Source of the DNA: Harriotta raleighana
Lineage: Eukaryota
Assembly (NCBI GenBank): GCA_050575255.1
Contig: JBNZDD010013678.1
Location: 1,087,653 to 1,151,652 of the forward strand
Length of the DNA: 64,000 bases
Direction: 5' to 3'
The position numbers were made by a program, and so were the translations under genes. Below are positions 38,838 to 51,654 of the stretch, in pieces (positions within the stretch are counted from its first letter, which is position 1; every line of letters begins with the position of its first letter). The notes below the pieces were generated by a model. That model was not told where the DNA came from. It ran no database searches and was given only the letters and a program-made list of their open reading frames with translations.

Positions 38838-41800
38838 CACTTTACAGTATATTCTGTGAAGCGCTTTGATACGTTTCGAAGACGTGATGACTTGCTACAT
38901 TATTATAATAATATATTATTACAATTATATTATTACTATATCCAATGCAAAGATCATTATTCTTATTATTATCAAGGTTGCCATTCTAACCGACAGCAGC
39001 CTCTACACTGCAGGATAGCACATTTCCTGGTTTATTAACCCAAGTCTATTACTGTATATAACGAGTGACTGTTGTGATGAGAAAATCTTTCACCAGTCTA
39101 GTGCGAATTGGGCGCAAGGAAAATAATAATAATACTAATAATAATCCTTGAATTTGATACAGCGCTTTTCACATCTTCTAGATTCGAAACACAGATCTTA
39201 CACTCGCAAGGCGAATGCTCTAACCACTGAACTACAGGCTTCCAATATAACACTAACTCTAATATAACACTAACTCAAATAATCTGTGACCCATATATTT
39301 AAAAAAAACAATCCTTGATTGGCAGTGTAAAGGGTCATTATTATTACAGTACTGTATTTTGAAAATACAATGCATTAGTTTAATATAGTACCTGCTTTCT
39401 ATCTAGGCCATTCCTATTGCCGTGGGTAACTAGACATGCCACAGTAAGCAATGAGAGAGTATGAGAATGGACACTTGGCTGCCCAGGTCTACGAAGAGTA
39501 GAGTGCTCAGTAATGAAGGAGAGAGAGGGAGGGAGAGAGAGAGAGAGAGAGAGAAGGAGGGAGCAGAGCTGAGCTGAGGTAAGAGAGACAGCAGCACAGN
39601 AGGAGGGAGCAGAGCAGAGCTGAGCTGAGGTAAGAGAGACAGCAGCACAGCAGAACTGTCTCAAAACAACANGAAGGAGGGAGCAGAGCTGAGCTGAGGT
39701 AAGAGAGACAGCAGCACAGCAGAACTGTCTCAAAACAACACAGGATATTACAACACTGGCTGCTTTGGAGTGATGCCCAATAATGGGCTCATCTCAAGTC
39801 ATTGTCACCAGTGGAAAGCTTAATATTTCTGGAGCTGAACAAAGCTCCTCAAATTGGGGCAGGCCCGAGAAAAAGCCAGAAGAAATCAAAAGGAAAACGT
39901 CAAAAGACAAAAAAAGGACTTGCTTCAGAAACGGAGCTGAAATGTAATTTTAAAAAACTGCTGGAAGGTTTAACATACATACACAACGAGATACGACGAG
40001 GAACAAAAGGGACATGCATTTACAGATTGCGTCATATAATTTTGATAATAGTTTGAATTAACCATTTTCCCTTTATATTCACTTTACAGTATATTCTGTG
40101 AAGCGCTTTGTGACGCCTAGAAGAAGTGAAAAGCACTATGTCAAATGCAAGGATTATTATTATTAATATAATGGATGCAACAACTACTTGCATTTATTAT
40201 ATAGCACTCTTCACACTAGACAGACAGCATCTCGGAGCACTTAATACGTTATACGTAATCTATAACTTTTTTTTAATTCCATAAATCACTGTCAATCAAA
40301 CATAGTCATACTGTGAGTCCTTTGTCACAAAGCTGATATTCCTTGACAATGTATCAACAGGACTATCAATGGCTTTAGGAGCTCTGAATATAAAATTCAA
40401 ATGCATTTACATGCGCCTTGCATAGAATGGGGAAGCCAAATGCACTGGAAAGAAAAATAATGAACCATAAAGGAAATGCGCTCTTACAAATTACACTGAT
40501 ATCTCTCTCTCACTCTCTCTCTCTCTCTGGGCATATAAAATGAGATTCTTGGGGTTTTAGAATATGATAAGAGTGCTTGCTTCTCATTTTTTAGGGATAA
40601 TTTAAAATCCCTCGAACAATCCCTCGATAATAATAAAAAAATTGGGTCATTTCAATCTGTAACTGTTTGTGGGACAGTGGCTGCCACGTTTCGCCCACAA
40701 ATATACACTTTACAGCATATTCTGTGAAGCGTTTGAGACATCTAGAAGACGTGAAATGTAAGAATGATTATTATTATTATTATTCCTAGATACCCTCAAC
40801 CGTATTAGTGATTCCTGATTTAAAGACCTCTTTAAACTGTAAAATTGGCGCGATGGTATTAGTTTCTGACACACACCATTGACTCCAGTTTGGAGGCAAC
40901 ACGGTTCTGAAACGCATTGCAAAATGATCCGCGTTTTAATGGGGGACAAAAAATTCTCAGACCCGTGCGGAAGCTGAATTATCTGTTGGTACCTCAGGCT
41001 GATGCATGCCCGACACCCAGCCGTCTCGCGCTTTGTGGTTATGTAGGTCAGGGCGTTTCGGGTGGAAATTGGTTCCAGGTCCATCTCTGCTCCTGTTTAC
41101 TTATCTAATTGAGGAAGGTGGCCTAGGGTTGTTATCATGTTAGCATTACTTTTACGTTTACTGCAGATGCTAAACCCTATCGATCCACTCACTGCTCTTA
41201 CTGTTTTCCAGGATGCAAATGCTCGGACCATCTGCTTCAAGCTCAAAGCTAGATAAGCACTGGAACAGGATGGTTTAATATTCCTAATGCGTTCTTACCA
41301 TTGTCAAAGCAGGTGGATTACACAAATCAGTCTGTCCCATCAACCTAAGAGATTTGTTGCACTACACTCGGAAGTAAATAATGTACAATTTATGCGACAT
41401 CCTTGGTAGCAAATACCGCAAATCATCCCAAGACAAACGGTGTGCAACACAGAACACCAGCGAAGCTAATTTGATTCTTTTTTCCTCCATCGTTTCCAAT
41501 CAAAGCAACAGCAGTAGGGTGCAAGAAGTGTACATTGAGTTTCCGAATTCTATTGCACAGAAGTCATTTAAACATAGCTTTCAATCACACATATAATAAT
41601 AATAATTAATAATAATAATGCTTGCATTTGATAGAGCGCTTTTCACGTCTTATAGATCGTGAGGTTTTTTTTGTTTGCTCTTTTTGTTGTGGTTTGTGGC
41701 CTGCAAAATACACAATACTATATTTTGTGAAGCACTTTGAGACTTCTCAATGAAGTGATCATAAGGGGCTATATCAAATGCAAGGATAGTTTCATTGTTA

Positions 41801-42109
41801 CATTTTATTCTCACTAAATTAGAAGACTGCCAGTGGTCAGACAAATTGGAGCATTGTGCTGTACCTACGTGAACACACAGTAGTTCACCGAGTAGCAGCA
41901 AGATCATAGCTTCAATGAAGCACATTATTTCCAGAGCACCTTTGGACATTGAATTACTGTTGTTTTGAGTGTCTAAATGAAGAGAGTGCAGAAACATCGA
42001 TAGAATAAAGAGGAAGGTCCATACAGTAGTATTATTCTACAACATGAAGCCTATGAGCAGAAGATAGAGTGTGAAAGGTGGCGAGGAGATGGGAAGGTGG
42101 TGAGAGATT

Positions 42110-42779
42110 AATAATAATAATAATCTTAAAACTTGAATCTGATATCGTGCTTTTCACATCTTATCGACATCTCAAAGCGCTTCACAGAATATACCGTAGT
42201 GAATTGACTATATTTTTGGTGGGTGAAAGGCGGCAGCCAATTGCACACAGCAGCGTGGCCCCAAAAACAATCGTGGATTGAAATGACCAATTTTTATTTA
42301 TTGTGTTGTTTTTTTTTGGAGGGATTATTATTAGGCGCTTGTGTGTGTGTGTATATGTGGAGTAAGGAAACTTGCCGAAGTTTTCACCCTGATCTGCCTG
42401 GATTCNGTGAATTGACTATATTTTTGGTGGGTGAAAGGCGGCAGCCAATTGCACACAGCAGCGTGGCCCCAAAAACAATCGTGGATTGAAATGACCAATT
42501 TTTATTTATTGTGTTGTTTTTTTTTGGAGGGATTATTATTAGGCGCTTGTGTGTGTGTGTATATGTGGAGTAAGGAAACTTGCCGAAGTTTTCACCCTGA
42601 TCTGCCTGGATTCGAACACAGGTCTCACCCACAAATATACAGTCAATTCACTTTACAGTATACTCTGTGAAGCGCTTTGGGACGTTGATAAGATGTGAAA
42701 AGCGCTATATCAAATGCAAGGATTATTATTATTATTATTGTAAGGAGAGTGCTCTAAACCACTGAGCTACAGGAGCTCC
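42110..42779 (-). mobile_element. tRNA-SINE (with gap-associated duplication around N42406) carrying a nested opposite-strand SINE 3' half at about 42627-42739
   Basis: Host head is split: ..acaggtctca | insert | gtaaggagagtgctcta..ggagctcc. Confidence 0.85.
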
Positions 42780-43319
42780 ACATATAATAATAATAATATT
42801 CCCAGTCATGTTGAAAATAGCTTCCTGTCTCAGTCTCAAAGGGAACCAGCTCAAAGGTTCATCATCTGTAATATCTGTCGCTGGTTGAAAGGCAACTAAA
42901 CTGCCTGGGATTGTGGTGAAGAAAGGAAACTGTCATCACTCTGATTAAGTCTACTGCGAAAGATTGATGGCTGCTTCTCGAGGAGTTTGATCAATATCTT
43001 TTGTTGACAGGCTTCTTGTTGCCTTTATATGATATCCTTACTATTCTGCGGTTTGATGGAGCTAGTGTGCAGCACTAAAGGTTGAAGCTGTCACTGGAGC
43101 TGGCATTGAATGAAACAGTCAATCATACTTGAGCTCCTCACGGCATTGCTGCTTTCCCAAGAGGCCAGTCTCTCCTTTGTAAGTCAAACCTTGTCTTAAG
43201 GGGCAGACACAATAGACTGCAAATTCAGTCCTAGAACTGTAACACGTTGGAAGTGTTGCCTTGCCTGAGGTACTTGTATAGTCAAATCTACACACAAGTC
43301 TTAATTGCTGACATTAATC

Positions 43320-43620
43320 TTAATCCCTCGAACAAAAACAACAATAAAAATGTGGTCATTGCAATCCATAACTGCACCTTAGGTCGTCCTCCCAATGTGA
43401 AAGGCGCTCTGTAAATTCAATTTTGTTGTTGTGTTTTGTTGTTGTTGTGATCGGGTCACTCATTCCACGACTGTCTGTGGGGACACTACTGTGCGCAATT
43501 GGCTGCCACGTTTCGCCCACAAAACATGCAGTCAATTCACTTGACAGTGTATTCTGTGAAGCGCTTTGAGACGTCTCAACGATGCGATAAGGCGCTATAT
43601 CAAATGCAAGTATTACTATT
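43320..43620 (+). mobile_element. SINE 3' half with a nested L2 tail (about 43370-43448)
   Basis: SINE body broken by gtgaaaggcgctctgtaaattc..(ttg)n; ggtca..tcca sequence is repeated on each side. Confidence 0.7.
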
Positions 43621-45054
43621 ATATTAAATACAACGATTATTATGATGTTTATCATTAAAGGTTCTTTTCTGAAAACAGTCAAGGTAAATTGAAACTTGTA
43701 CTGTGTCCCTGCACCCAGGAGAAAACCAAACATCCTGAGTGAATAATGTCTATTTTGTTATTGTATGAATGCTGCAATAAAATACAAAGGTCAGTGTGTA
43801 GCTGAAGGGAAAATGTTGTACAAAGTGCCTTTCACACTACCCTCAGGTCATGATAGACATGTTTGATTCTAAACATTCATTGCAAAAAACTGACATTTAG
43901 GTCCTCTATGCGATCCACAAATTAGATTGTTGGAAGTCAGACATTATTATTGGGGAAGGAAGTATTTCCCAGTGGTTTTGTAGGGAGCATTGGGTTGGAG
44001 ACTTCTGAATTGTAGTATTAATGAGATTTGAACGAGGTCTTCATTGCCCTTTGGGAAGGTGAACAAAGACATCCCTAGCCTTATTCAATAACAAGTTGTA
44101 ATTATATAATGTCCTTCATATCGGGTAATGTCTTTACAGAGTACTTTACAAGGATGGAGTTGGACAATGAGCTGGGGGAGGAGGCCAACAGTGGTCCTGT
44201 CTCCATTCAAGAATCTGTATTCTGCCAATACCTTCTGAATAAGATTGGAAAATGTTCTTTGTGAAATGGGAATCCAAGATAGTTCATGGCTTTTCTGCCA
44301 GACTTACGTGCTGTAATTATTCAGAGGTCAGGAAGGGGTGGGGGTGTAAGGTGGGAAACGCATTTTTGAAGTTGTTCCTTGAATGAGAGGAATACAACTG
44401 CAATTGTCACCCAGATATTTACACCCGTGTATCACACCATAGGGAATCTGTATTGAAACCGTTTCATAATGCATTCTTCTCTGCAATGCCAGAATGCTGC
44501 CATATCAGAAGCTGGAAAGGTTGACATACTGATAAACAATTTGATGACAGAAAGGCCGCAACTTCACCTTCAACTTTTGCAGACTTGACAATGATTTAAA
44601 GACCAACTCAGTTGTATTTCCTCCCAAACTCAACAGGAAATTCTCTATATTGCATTTTTCAAGACTCATAAATTCTTAACATTGACTTTCTTGGACTTAA
44701 AACTGGATTTGTTGCCATTAAAAAGTGTGACTAAGAGATTCAGTCTGAGCCCAGACAAAGATTAAGTGTTCTTCTGAGTGAATCACTAGTGTTCTATTGA
44801 TGTGTGCGAATTGTTCTTCTAATCCTTATTAGTGTTAAATAATGCACGTTTGGCATTCATATGGATATTGCAAGGAAGGAGAAATGTAATTCCAATTCGG
44901 GGCAGGCTTGAGGGGCCAAAAGGCCTACTCATGCTCCTATGTCTTATGTTCCTAAAGTGCCATTCCATTCATTTACACTTGTCTCTGTCCGTTCTTTAAC
45001 TGATCTGACAGTGATAAGGAACTATCAAATGCAAGGATTATTTTTATTATATCT

Positions 45055-46035
45055 ACAACAACACCAAAATCACACTTATATAGCGTCTTTCACGTTGGGA
45101 GGACGTCCCAAAGCGCTGAACAGTCAGGTTGGGATCTGAGCAGGGGTGGGAGGGTCGGGGGTAGGTGGAGACGGAAGGAGAGTGGGAGAGGGGGAAGGAG
45201 AGTAGGAGAGGGGGAAGGAGAGTAGGAGAGGGGGAAGAGTTAGGTGGAGCTGAAGGCGCGGTCAAAGAGGAAGGTCTTGACATAGGCCTTGAAGGAGGAA
45301 AGGGAGGAAGAAAGGCGGAGGGGCTGCAGGATGGAGTTCCAGAGTGTGGGGGCAGAGAGGTTGAAAGCCCGGCCACCGATGGTTGGGCGGTTAGGGCGGT
45401 GGATGCGGAGCAGGCCTGAATCTGCTGAATGGAGGGTGCGGGCAGGCTGATAAGGAGACAGCAGGTCAGAGAGATAGGCGGAGGCAAGGTCGTGAATGGC
45501 CTTGATAATGAGGACGAGGATCTTGAATTCGATTCTCAGGGGGATGTGGAGCCAGTGGAGACGGGCGAGGGTGGGAGTGATGTGGTCACGAAGCCTGGTG
45601 AGGCAGAGTACACGAGCTGCAGAATTCTAAATGATCTGCAGCCTGTGAGAAGAGAGGAGGGAGAGATACGACCGGAACCAGTCAAGGACAGAGCCTTGCA
45701 GTTTGAGGAGAGGAGGATTGTGTGGTCCATGGTATCAAAGGCGGCGGATAGATCGAGGCAGAGGGAACCCTGGTCACAGATGGTCAGGATGTCGTTTGTG
45801 ACCTTGACCAGGGCAGTTTCCGTGCTGTGGGAGGCACGGAAACCCGATTGGAGGAGTTCGAGGAGTGAATGCTTTATGAGAAAAGAACAGAGCTTGGAGG
45901 CAACTACTCTTTCGAGGACCTTGGAAAGGAAGGCGAGTTTGGAGATGGGCCAGTAGCTTGATAGCTGCGACGCATCGAGGGAGGGCTTTTTAAGGATAGG
46001 GGTGATGGTGGCGGTTTTAAAGGGAGTGGGAGACA
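45055..46035 (-). mobile_element. L2 LINE remnant with reverse-transcriptase N-terminal motifs, a large internal deletion and the 3' tail
   Basis: FKTATITPILKKPSLD..SYWPISKLAFLSKVLERVV..QSGFRASHSTETALVKVTNDIL..LDLSAAFDTMDHTILL joined directly to the post-RT region and C-rich UTR. Confidence 0.93.
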
Positions 46036-47951
46036 CTAAAGTTAGATCAGAGCAGTACTCTTCAACTCTGAAAAGCTAGATATTGTTATTTGTTAATCTT
46101 ATTTTTTCTTTTAAAAAAAAGGTTGCAACCAGCTCTAGTAACACTTAAAAGCAAGGCCCGACAATTTCAAGTTTAGGAGCTGGTTTGGAAATAGCTCCAA
46201 TTTATATTGTCAGCATCATGGCTCAGGAAGTAAGGTCAAAATTGAATCAATGATTGTAAAAGGCAAGTTGAATTACAATTTTAATGCCAATTGAATCAAC
46301 ACTAAAAGTGCATTATATAAAGGGGGCAATAAATCTTTATCCAGACATCAAAATGGATCATCAGTGGGTAATTCAAGGGAAAACTCCTTGGAAATAAATC
46401 AAACACAAGACTTTTCTTTCCCTTGGTACATGATGCAATGGTAGCAATAGGCAATATGGGAGTACAATTACACTGTGCTTCATTTAAAGTCATACAATAT
46501 TCAGCTCAAAGTTCCAAAGAAAACTGCAAAGAAAATGCATGTTTGCACCTCATACCTAAACATTACTGAAATCCTGTATTTTAATCATTTTAGTTCAAAG
46601 ATTCTTTTTCACAGTTAGGACCAGACTAATACATACCTGGCATATGGTATTACAAAACCTAAGCTAATATTTTACGCAGCCCACGCGACTAGCACGCAAA
46701 CATTATTGACCTGTCTGGAACAGAGCATTGTAATCTTTTGCAGAGCGAAGGATGCACTTGAGACTTAGTTACTTAAATGGCACCTGTCTGGTTGATAAAT
46801 TGCTCTACATGGAATTACATAGACAGAAACAGCATGGCAACAAGCCATCGGGCCTAACTAACGTGTGCCAATGTTTATATGAGCCTTGAGCCCTTTCCAA
46901 TTCCCTCTCATTGCTTCTCTTTCTATCTGAAGACATCCTAATCCTTACGGTTTGCAAAAGTTACAATCTTAACCTATTGCCTGGAGGGGCACTTCACACC
47001 AAAGCGTTCAAGGAATATTTAATCAGTACAATGGACTGTGTGTGCAAAGCAATCTAATTCTAGGGAGGTTTGCAATGGGGAACAAGTGTCATGGTAAAAA
47101 AAATTATTGTGTGCAAAAGAAGAACTTCCTATTGTACCTTATGTTACTAAGGTAACTTGCACAATTTTACATTACAATCCTATCACTCTAATGGAAAAAA
47201 AATCGGCAGAATCAGGAAATATGCTATTAGCAGGGATTTAGGTTACGAATTCTACTCAATACTTTTACGAATTTAGCTTTTCATTGCAGCTGTATCCTGG
47301 TCTAACGAGATAACATTGGAGGTGTATAAAATCATATCCTGCGTCACTACATCGCATTATAATCACCACTGATGTTCACTAATACAGCAGGCATTATTTA
47401 ATTGTATTTGCAGTACATCCTGTATAGTACTATAGATTTACAATCATGTATAATATATAAGTAAGCATTATTTAGTTCTATTTCAGAGTATCGTGTGAAG
47501 TGCTTTGAGAAAGCTCAACAAAATGATAAGGCGCTATATCAAATGCAAGAATTATTATTGTTACTAAGAGGGCAATTGTTCTCACAAGCTCTCTGGGACG
47601 CTATCCTGCAATGAGGGGAGTCATGTAACCACAAGTTTGTTTGAATCATTTCCAGCAGTTGCACACTTTACCCTGGAAGCTGGAAGGCAGTGTACCTCAT
47701 TGTAAAGTTATTCACCTGCCTTCAACTGAGGAATGTTAGGTCACATGGAGAGGAGGTGGATGCACTCAGAGTTTAATTACTTAAGTGGCACCTGTCTGAT
47801 GGATGATTAGTTTTAAAGATATTAGATTTTAATCCCAGGCCTGTTCAGTTAAGACGTCAATCCTTCTACTAAATTTGGTGACACCATTTCAAGTGGTTTG
47901 AAGGTCCCTGCGGTGGTGAATAAATATTGGAACGCATTCTTGAATTGACAT

Positions 47952-48012
47952 ATTTGAAGCTGGGTTAAATGTCGCACATTCATCCAGCATGACATTTAAC
48001 CCAGCTTCAAAT
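47952..48012. repeat. Perfect 22-bp inverted repeat with a 17-nt spacer
   Basis: atttgaagctgggttaaatgtc (47952-47973) and gacatttaacccagcttcaaat (47991-48012). Confidence 0.95.
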
Positions 48013-48649
48013 TGCAGGACTTGCACCCCAGTGGAGAGTGTAAATGTTACTTAAAGGGTCGCAAAAGAGCTCACCGGTTAGGAAACTGTGTTTTTAAGAA
48101 ATGTACAACGAGATTTGAGTAACGCAGAACCATTGAAATGCTATAGATCTTGGGGCAGGTGCCAGAGAGTGGAAATACAGGAAATTCCTCATAACTCGTC
48201 AGTCCCAGGGGAAAAGGGGATTCAGTGATGAGTTATCAGGAATGTCAAGTTTGGCATATGTATAAACACATCAATAAATGCAGGATATTGACTTAAGTGG
48301 TAGTGACAAGTTAAACTTGGGTCGAGGTATTAAGACTTTTACTGTACGTTGTGAAATCACTTTCTTGAAATTTAAGGCAGCATATCATTTGGGAAAATTC
48401 TTGGTTTTTTTCTCCACACTTCTATTGAAAGAAATTTAGAACAGTAAGGCTGAATTCAATAAAATATCTGCAGAATTTCTGCACAACCTGTAAGTTAAGA
48501 CAATGGTTTGAAGACTAAAAAACTATGACAATATTTAGCCTGCGGCCATTCCATCAAAAACAGCAGCAAATAGCTGGAGTTCAGGCAGATAGGTCTCGGT
48601 TATGAAAATGGTGATGATGTTAATGACAGACAGAATACATTGTATTTTA

Positions 48650-48805
48650 GAAACATAGAATATTAAAGCACGGAAGGAGGCAATTAGGCCCATCAAATGT
48701 GCCTATGCTAGCTCTATGAAACAGTTACCCAATCAGTCCCACTCCCCCGTTCTTTCTCCAGATCCTTGCCAATTTTTTTTTCCTTTTCAAGTAGCTTCTT
48801 AAAAA
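48650..48805 (-). mobile_element. CR1 3' tail, diverged
   Basis: catagaatattaaagcacggaaggaggcaattaggcccatc..cccactccccc, similar to 35863-36010. Confidence 0.7.
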
Positions 48806-49707
48806 AGTGAGTGGGATTCCTACTCCACAGTACTGTGCCAAAAACCTCCTCTCCCTCAGGGAAACCGACTTTTGTCTCACTCCTTTCTGCAAACTCATTA
48901 ACCTGCATGACTGCAAGATCATAGTCCGTGCCATAATCCATCTCTGGAATTGCTGGGAGATGCAGACAGCTGTCACTCTGACATGGGAACATGCTGTAGC
49001 AGTACTTAACCCATTTAATCTTATGTTTAACCCAAACCCTATTCTCTTGCCTGAAACATGAAAACCTGCTGCTGTTGCTGATACACATTGATTCAAAGAG
49101 ACTATATGGAATACCAGTATCAAAGCTTTACATGTTTGTATAGTAAAGATTTTTGCTATATGGGGATCAAGAAACGTTTAAGCATAATGTTCCTTTGATG
49201 GATGGAGTGGGTAGGCTGATGTCAACTCTATCGGGCTGTTTTTTTGTGTGTTCTGTCAAAGGAAATACTTCATAAATCAAATGACCTTTACAAGGTTTTC
49301 TTACACGGAAATTGTGAGTGTTAAGTACAATTTCGAATCCAGAATCTTCTTTTTTTTTTGCATGTGTTGGAAGGTTCAGGTGTGTAAATGGACCCTTTTC
49401 TAGTTAGCGAAAACTATAAACACTTCAGCTCCAGCAATCAATGTCTGGCATAATGTATTGGCACTTCCATTAGAACTTTTAAAACTTGAGAAATAGTCCC
49501 CCCAAAATTTATTGTTCATAAGATACCAGTTTTATCTTTTATTTCCATGATGGAGTCCAAAACATTGTCTCCATAAACGTAGCTGCTTAACTGCTAAAAA
49601 AAAAACTGACGTGAAACAAAAACATCAAATCATTAAAAAGTATAACCAAAAAAAATATGATTTGGGATGTTGGAGGTGCCAATCATTCCATGTGAAAGGG
49701 GCAAGAC

Positions 49708-49949
49708 AGATTAGATAGTGGGAGACTATTTCCCACAGTATTAAAATTTGGGGTCAGCCCTTTCACACTGAGTTAAGAAAAAACTTCTTCACTCAGCAGG
49801 TAGTGAATTTATGGAATTCTCTACCCCAAAGGGCTGTAGATGCTTAGTCCTTGAACATATTCAAGACTGAGATTAATAGATTTCTTGTGGATAAAGGGAT
49901 ATGGGGACAAGGCCGGTAGGTTCGAGGGGCTGAACGATCTACTCCTGCT
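49708..49949 (+). mobile_element. CR1 3' fragment (family B) with internal deletions
   Basis: Long stretches near-identical to 5506-5830. Confidence 0.88.
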
Positions 49950-50262
49950 CAAAATTCTCACAAACACAGCAAATGCCATTGGCTTGGACTGACATGCTTC
50001 CTTTAACATGGAGCTCATATGTTTTTACGAGTGACAAGCTGTTTAGAAGGCATGAAGAGCACACCAGAACAAACTAACAAAATGTTTACCTCAAAGGGTG
50101 TCACGCAAAGTAATAGTAAATACCAAGCAACCAACAACAAGTTACATTTGTACAGTGCCTTTCAGGTCGGGAGGACGTCCCAAGGCGCTTGAACTATCAG
50201 GGATTTGGACCAGGCAAAATTATCACTTCAAGTTTGATGGTTTTTCTTGAGACAAACAGGAA

Positions 50263-50577
50263 ATATAATAATATAATAATCCTTGCATTTGATATAATGC
50301 TTTTCACATCTTATCCAGGTCACAAAGCACTTCACAGAACATACTGTAAAGTGAATTGACTGTATGTATATTTGTGGGTGAAACGCGAGCCAATTGTGCC
50401 CAGCAGTGTCCCACAGACAGTCGTGGATTGAAACGACCAATATATTTTTATTATTGTGTTTTTTTTGACAGATTATTATTAGGCATGTGGAGTAAGGAAA
50501 CTTGCCCAAGGTTTCGCCCTGATCTGCCTGGATTCGAACACAGGTCTCATGCTAACCACTGAGCAACAGGAGCTCCA
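50263..50577 (-). mobile_element. tRNA-derived SINE with a small deletion in the head
   Basis: Reverse complement of tail, body and head. Confidence 0.88.
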
Positions 50578-51654
50578 CAATATGACATTGCTGACATGAC
50601 TTGGTCCAATTCCTAACATTGGATCGTGGAGAAATATGAATGGAAGGATGTCATGAACCACAGAGACACTTGAACGCAAGGATCAATCCGCAGCGGGCCT
50701 CAAATTTCAGCGATGGACCAATCAGAGAAATTTATCAAAAGTTATCACTTTTAGATGATTTATTTTTAGAATTGTCGACTCAGTAAATCCAATGAAGCTG
50801 TGCGTTTGGCAGCAAGTTACAGAAATACAAGTACTGTTCTTTCAAGCCATATTAAGAAACAGTTTCAAATGTGCAGTTTCCAGTTACTTTGTAAAACACT
50901 CAACTGGTTCTTGTTGAATCTCACCTCCGGAACACAAGCTCATTGAGTTGAATAATGCCAACCAATATTCACCCACAAAATACACGGTCAATTCAGTTTA
51001 CAGTATATTCTGCAAAGACATATATCAATGACATGATGAAAGCACTACTTGTCGAGAAGACGTGAAAAGCACTCTATCAAATGCAAGGATTATTATTATT
51101 ACATCAAGGATTATTATGATATTCTGGATTTGATTGTACAGTATTCAGTGGTAAGAGAGAAAGATCATTGGGTTTTAGATCTTTGAAACTATAGTTACCT
51201 CCCTCATGAGATGTAGTCAGATATAGTCATTCTTAGATTATACGGACTGAAATAATAATAATTCTTGCATTTGATATAGCGCCTTATCCAATCTTCAAGA
51301 CGTCTCAAAGCGCTTCACATATAATATAGAATTTATAATATCAATCAATCAAAATTACATTTTTGTAGCGCATTTCATGTCAGGAGGACGTCCCAAGACG
51401 TCCCTGTACAGTCAACTAGGGATCAGAGCAGGGGAGGGTGGAGCGGGGAAGGGGTCGGGGGAAGGAGAACAGGACAAACCGACTGTATATTTGTGGGCGA
51501 AATGCAGCAGCCAAATTGTGCACAGCAGTGTCCCACAAACAGTCGCGGAAGTGGGGCTGAGGGAGAAAGGGGGAAAAGAGGTCAAGGGGGGAGACTTTGA
51601 AGTGTTTCAATCATATGCTAAGGCGGCATATCAAATGTATGTATTATAATTATN

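Noticed and set aside
45429-45956. 175-aa plus-strand ORF
   Set aside because: Antisense shadow of the L2 reverse-transcriptase remnant.
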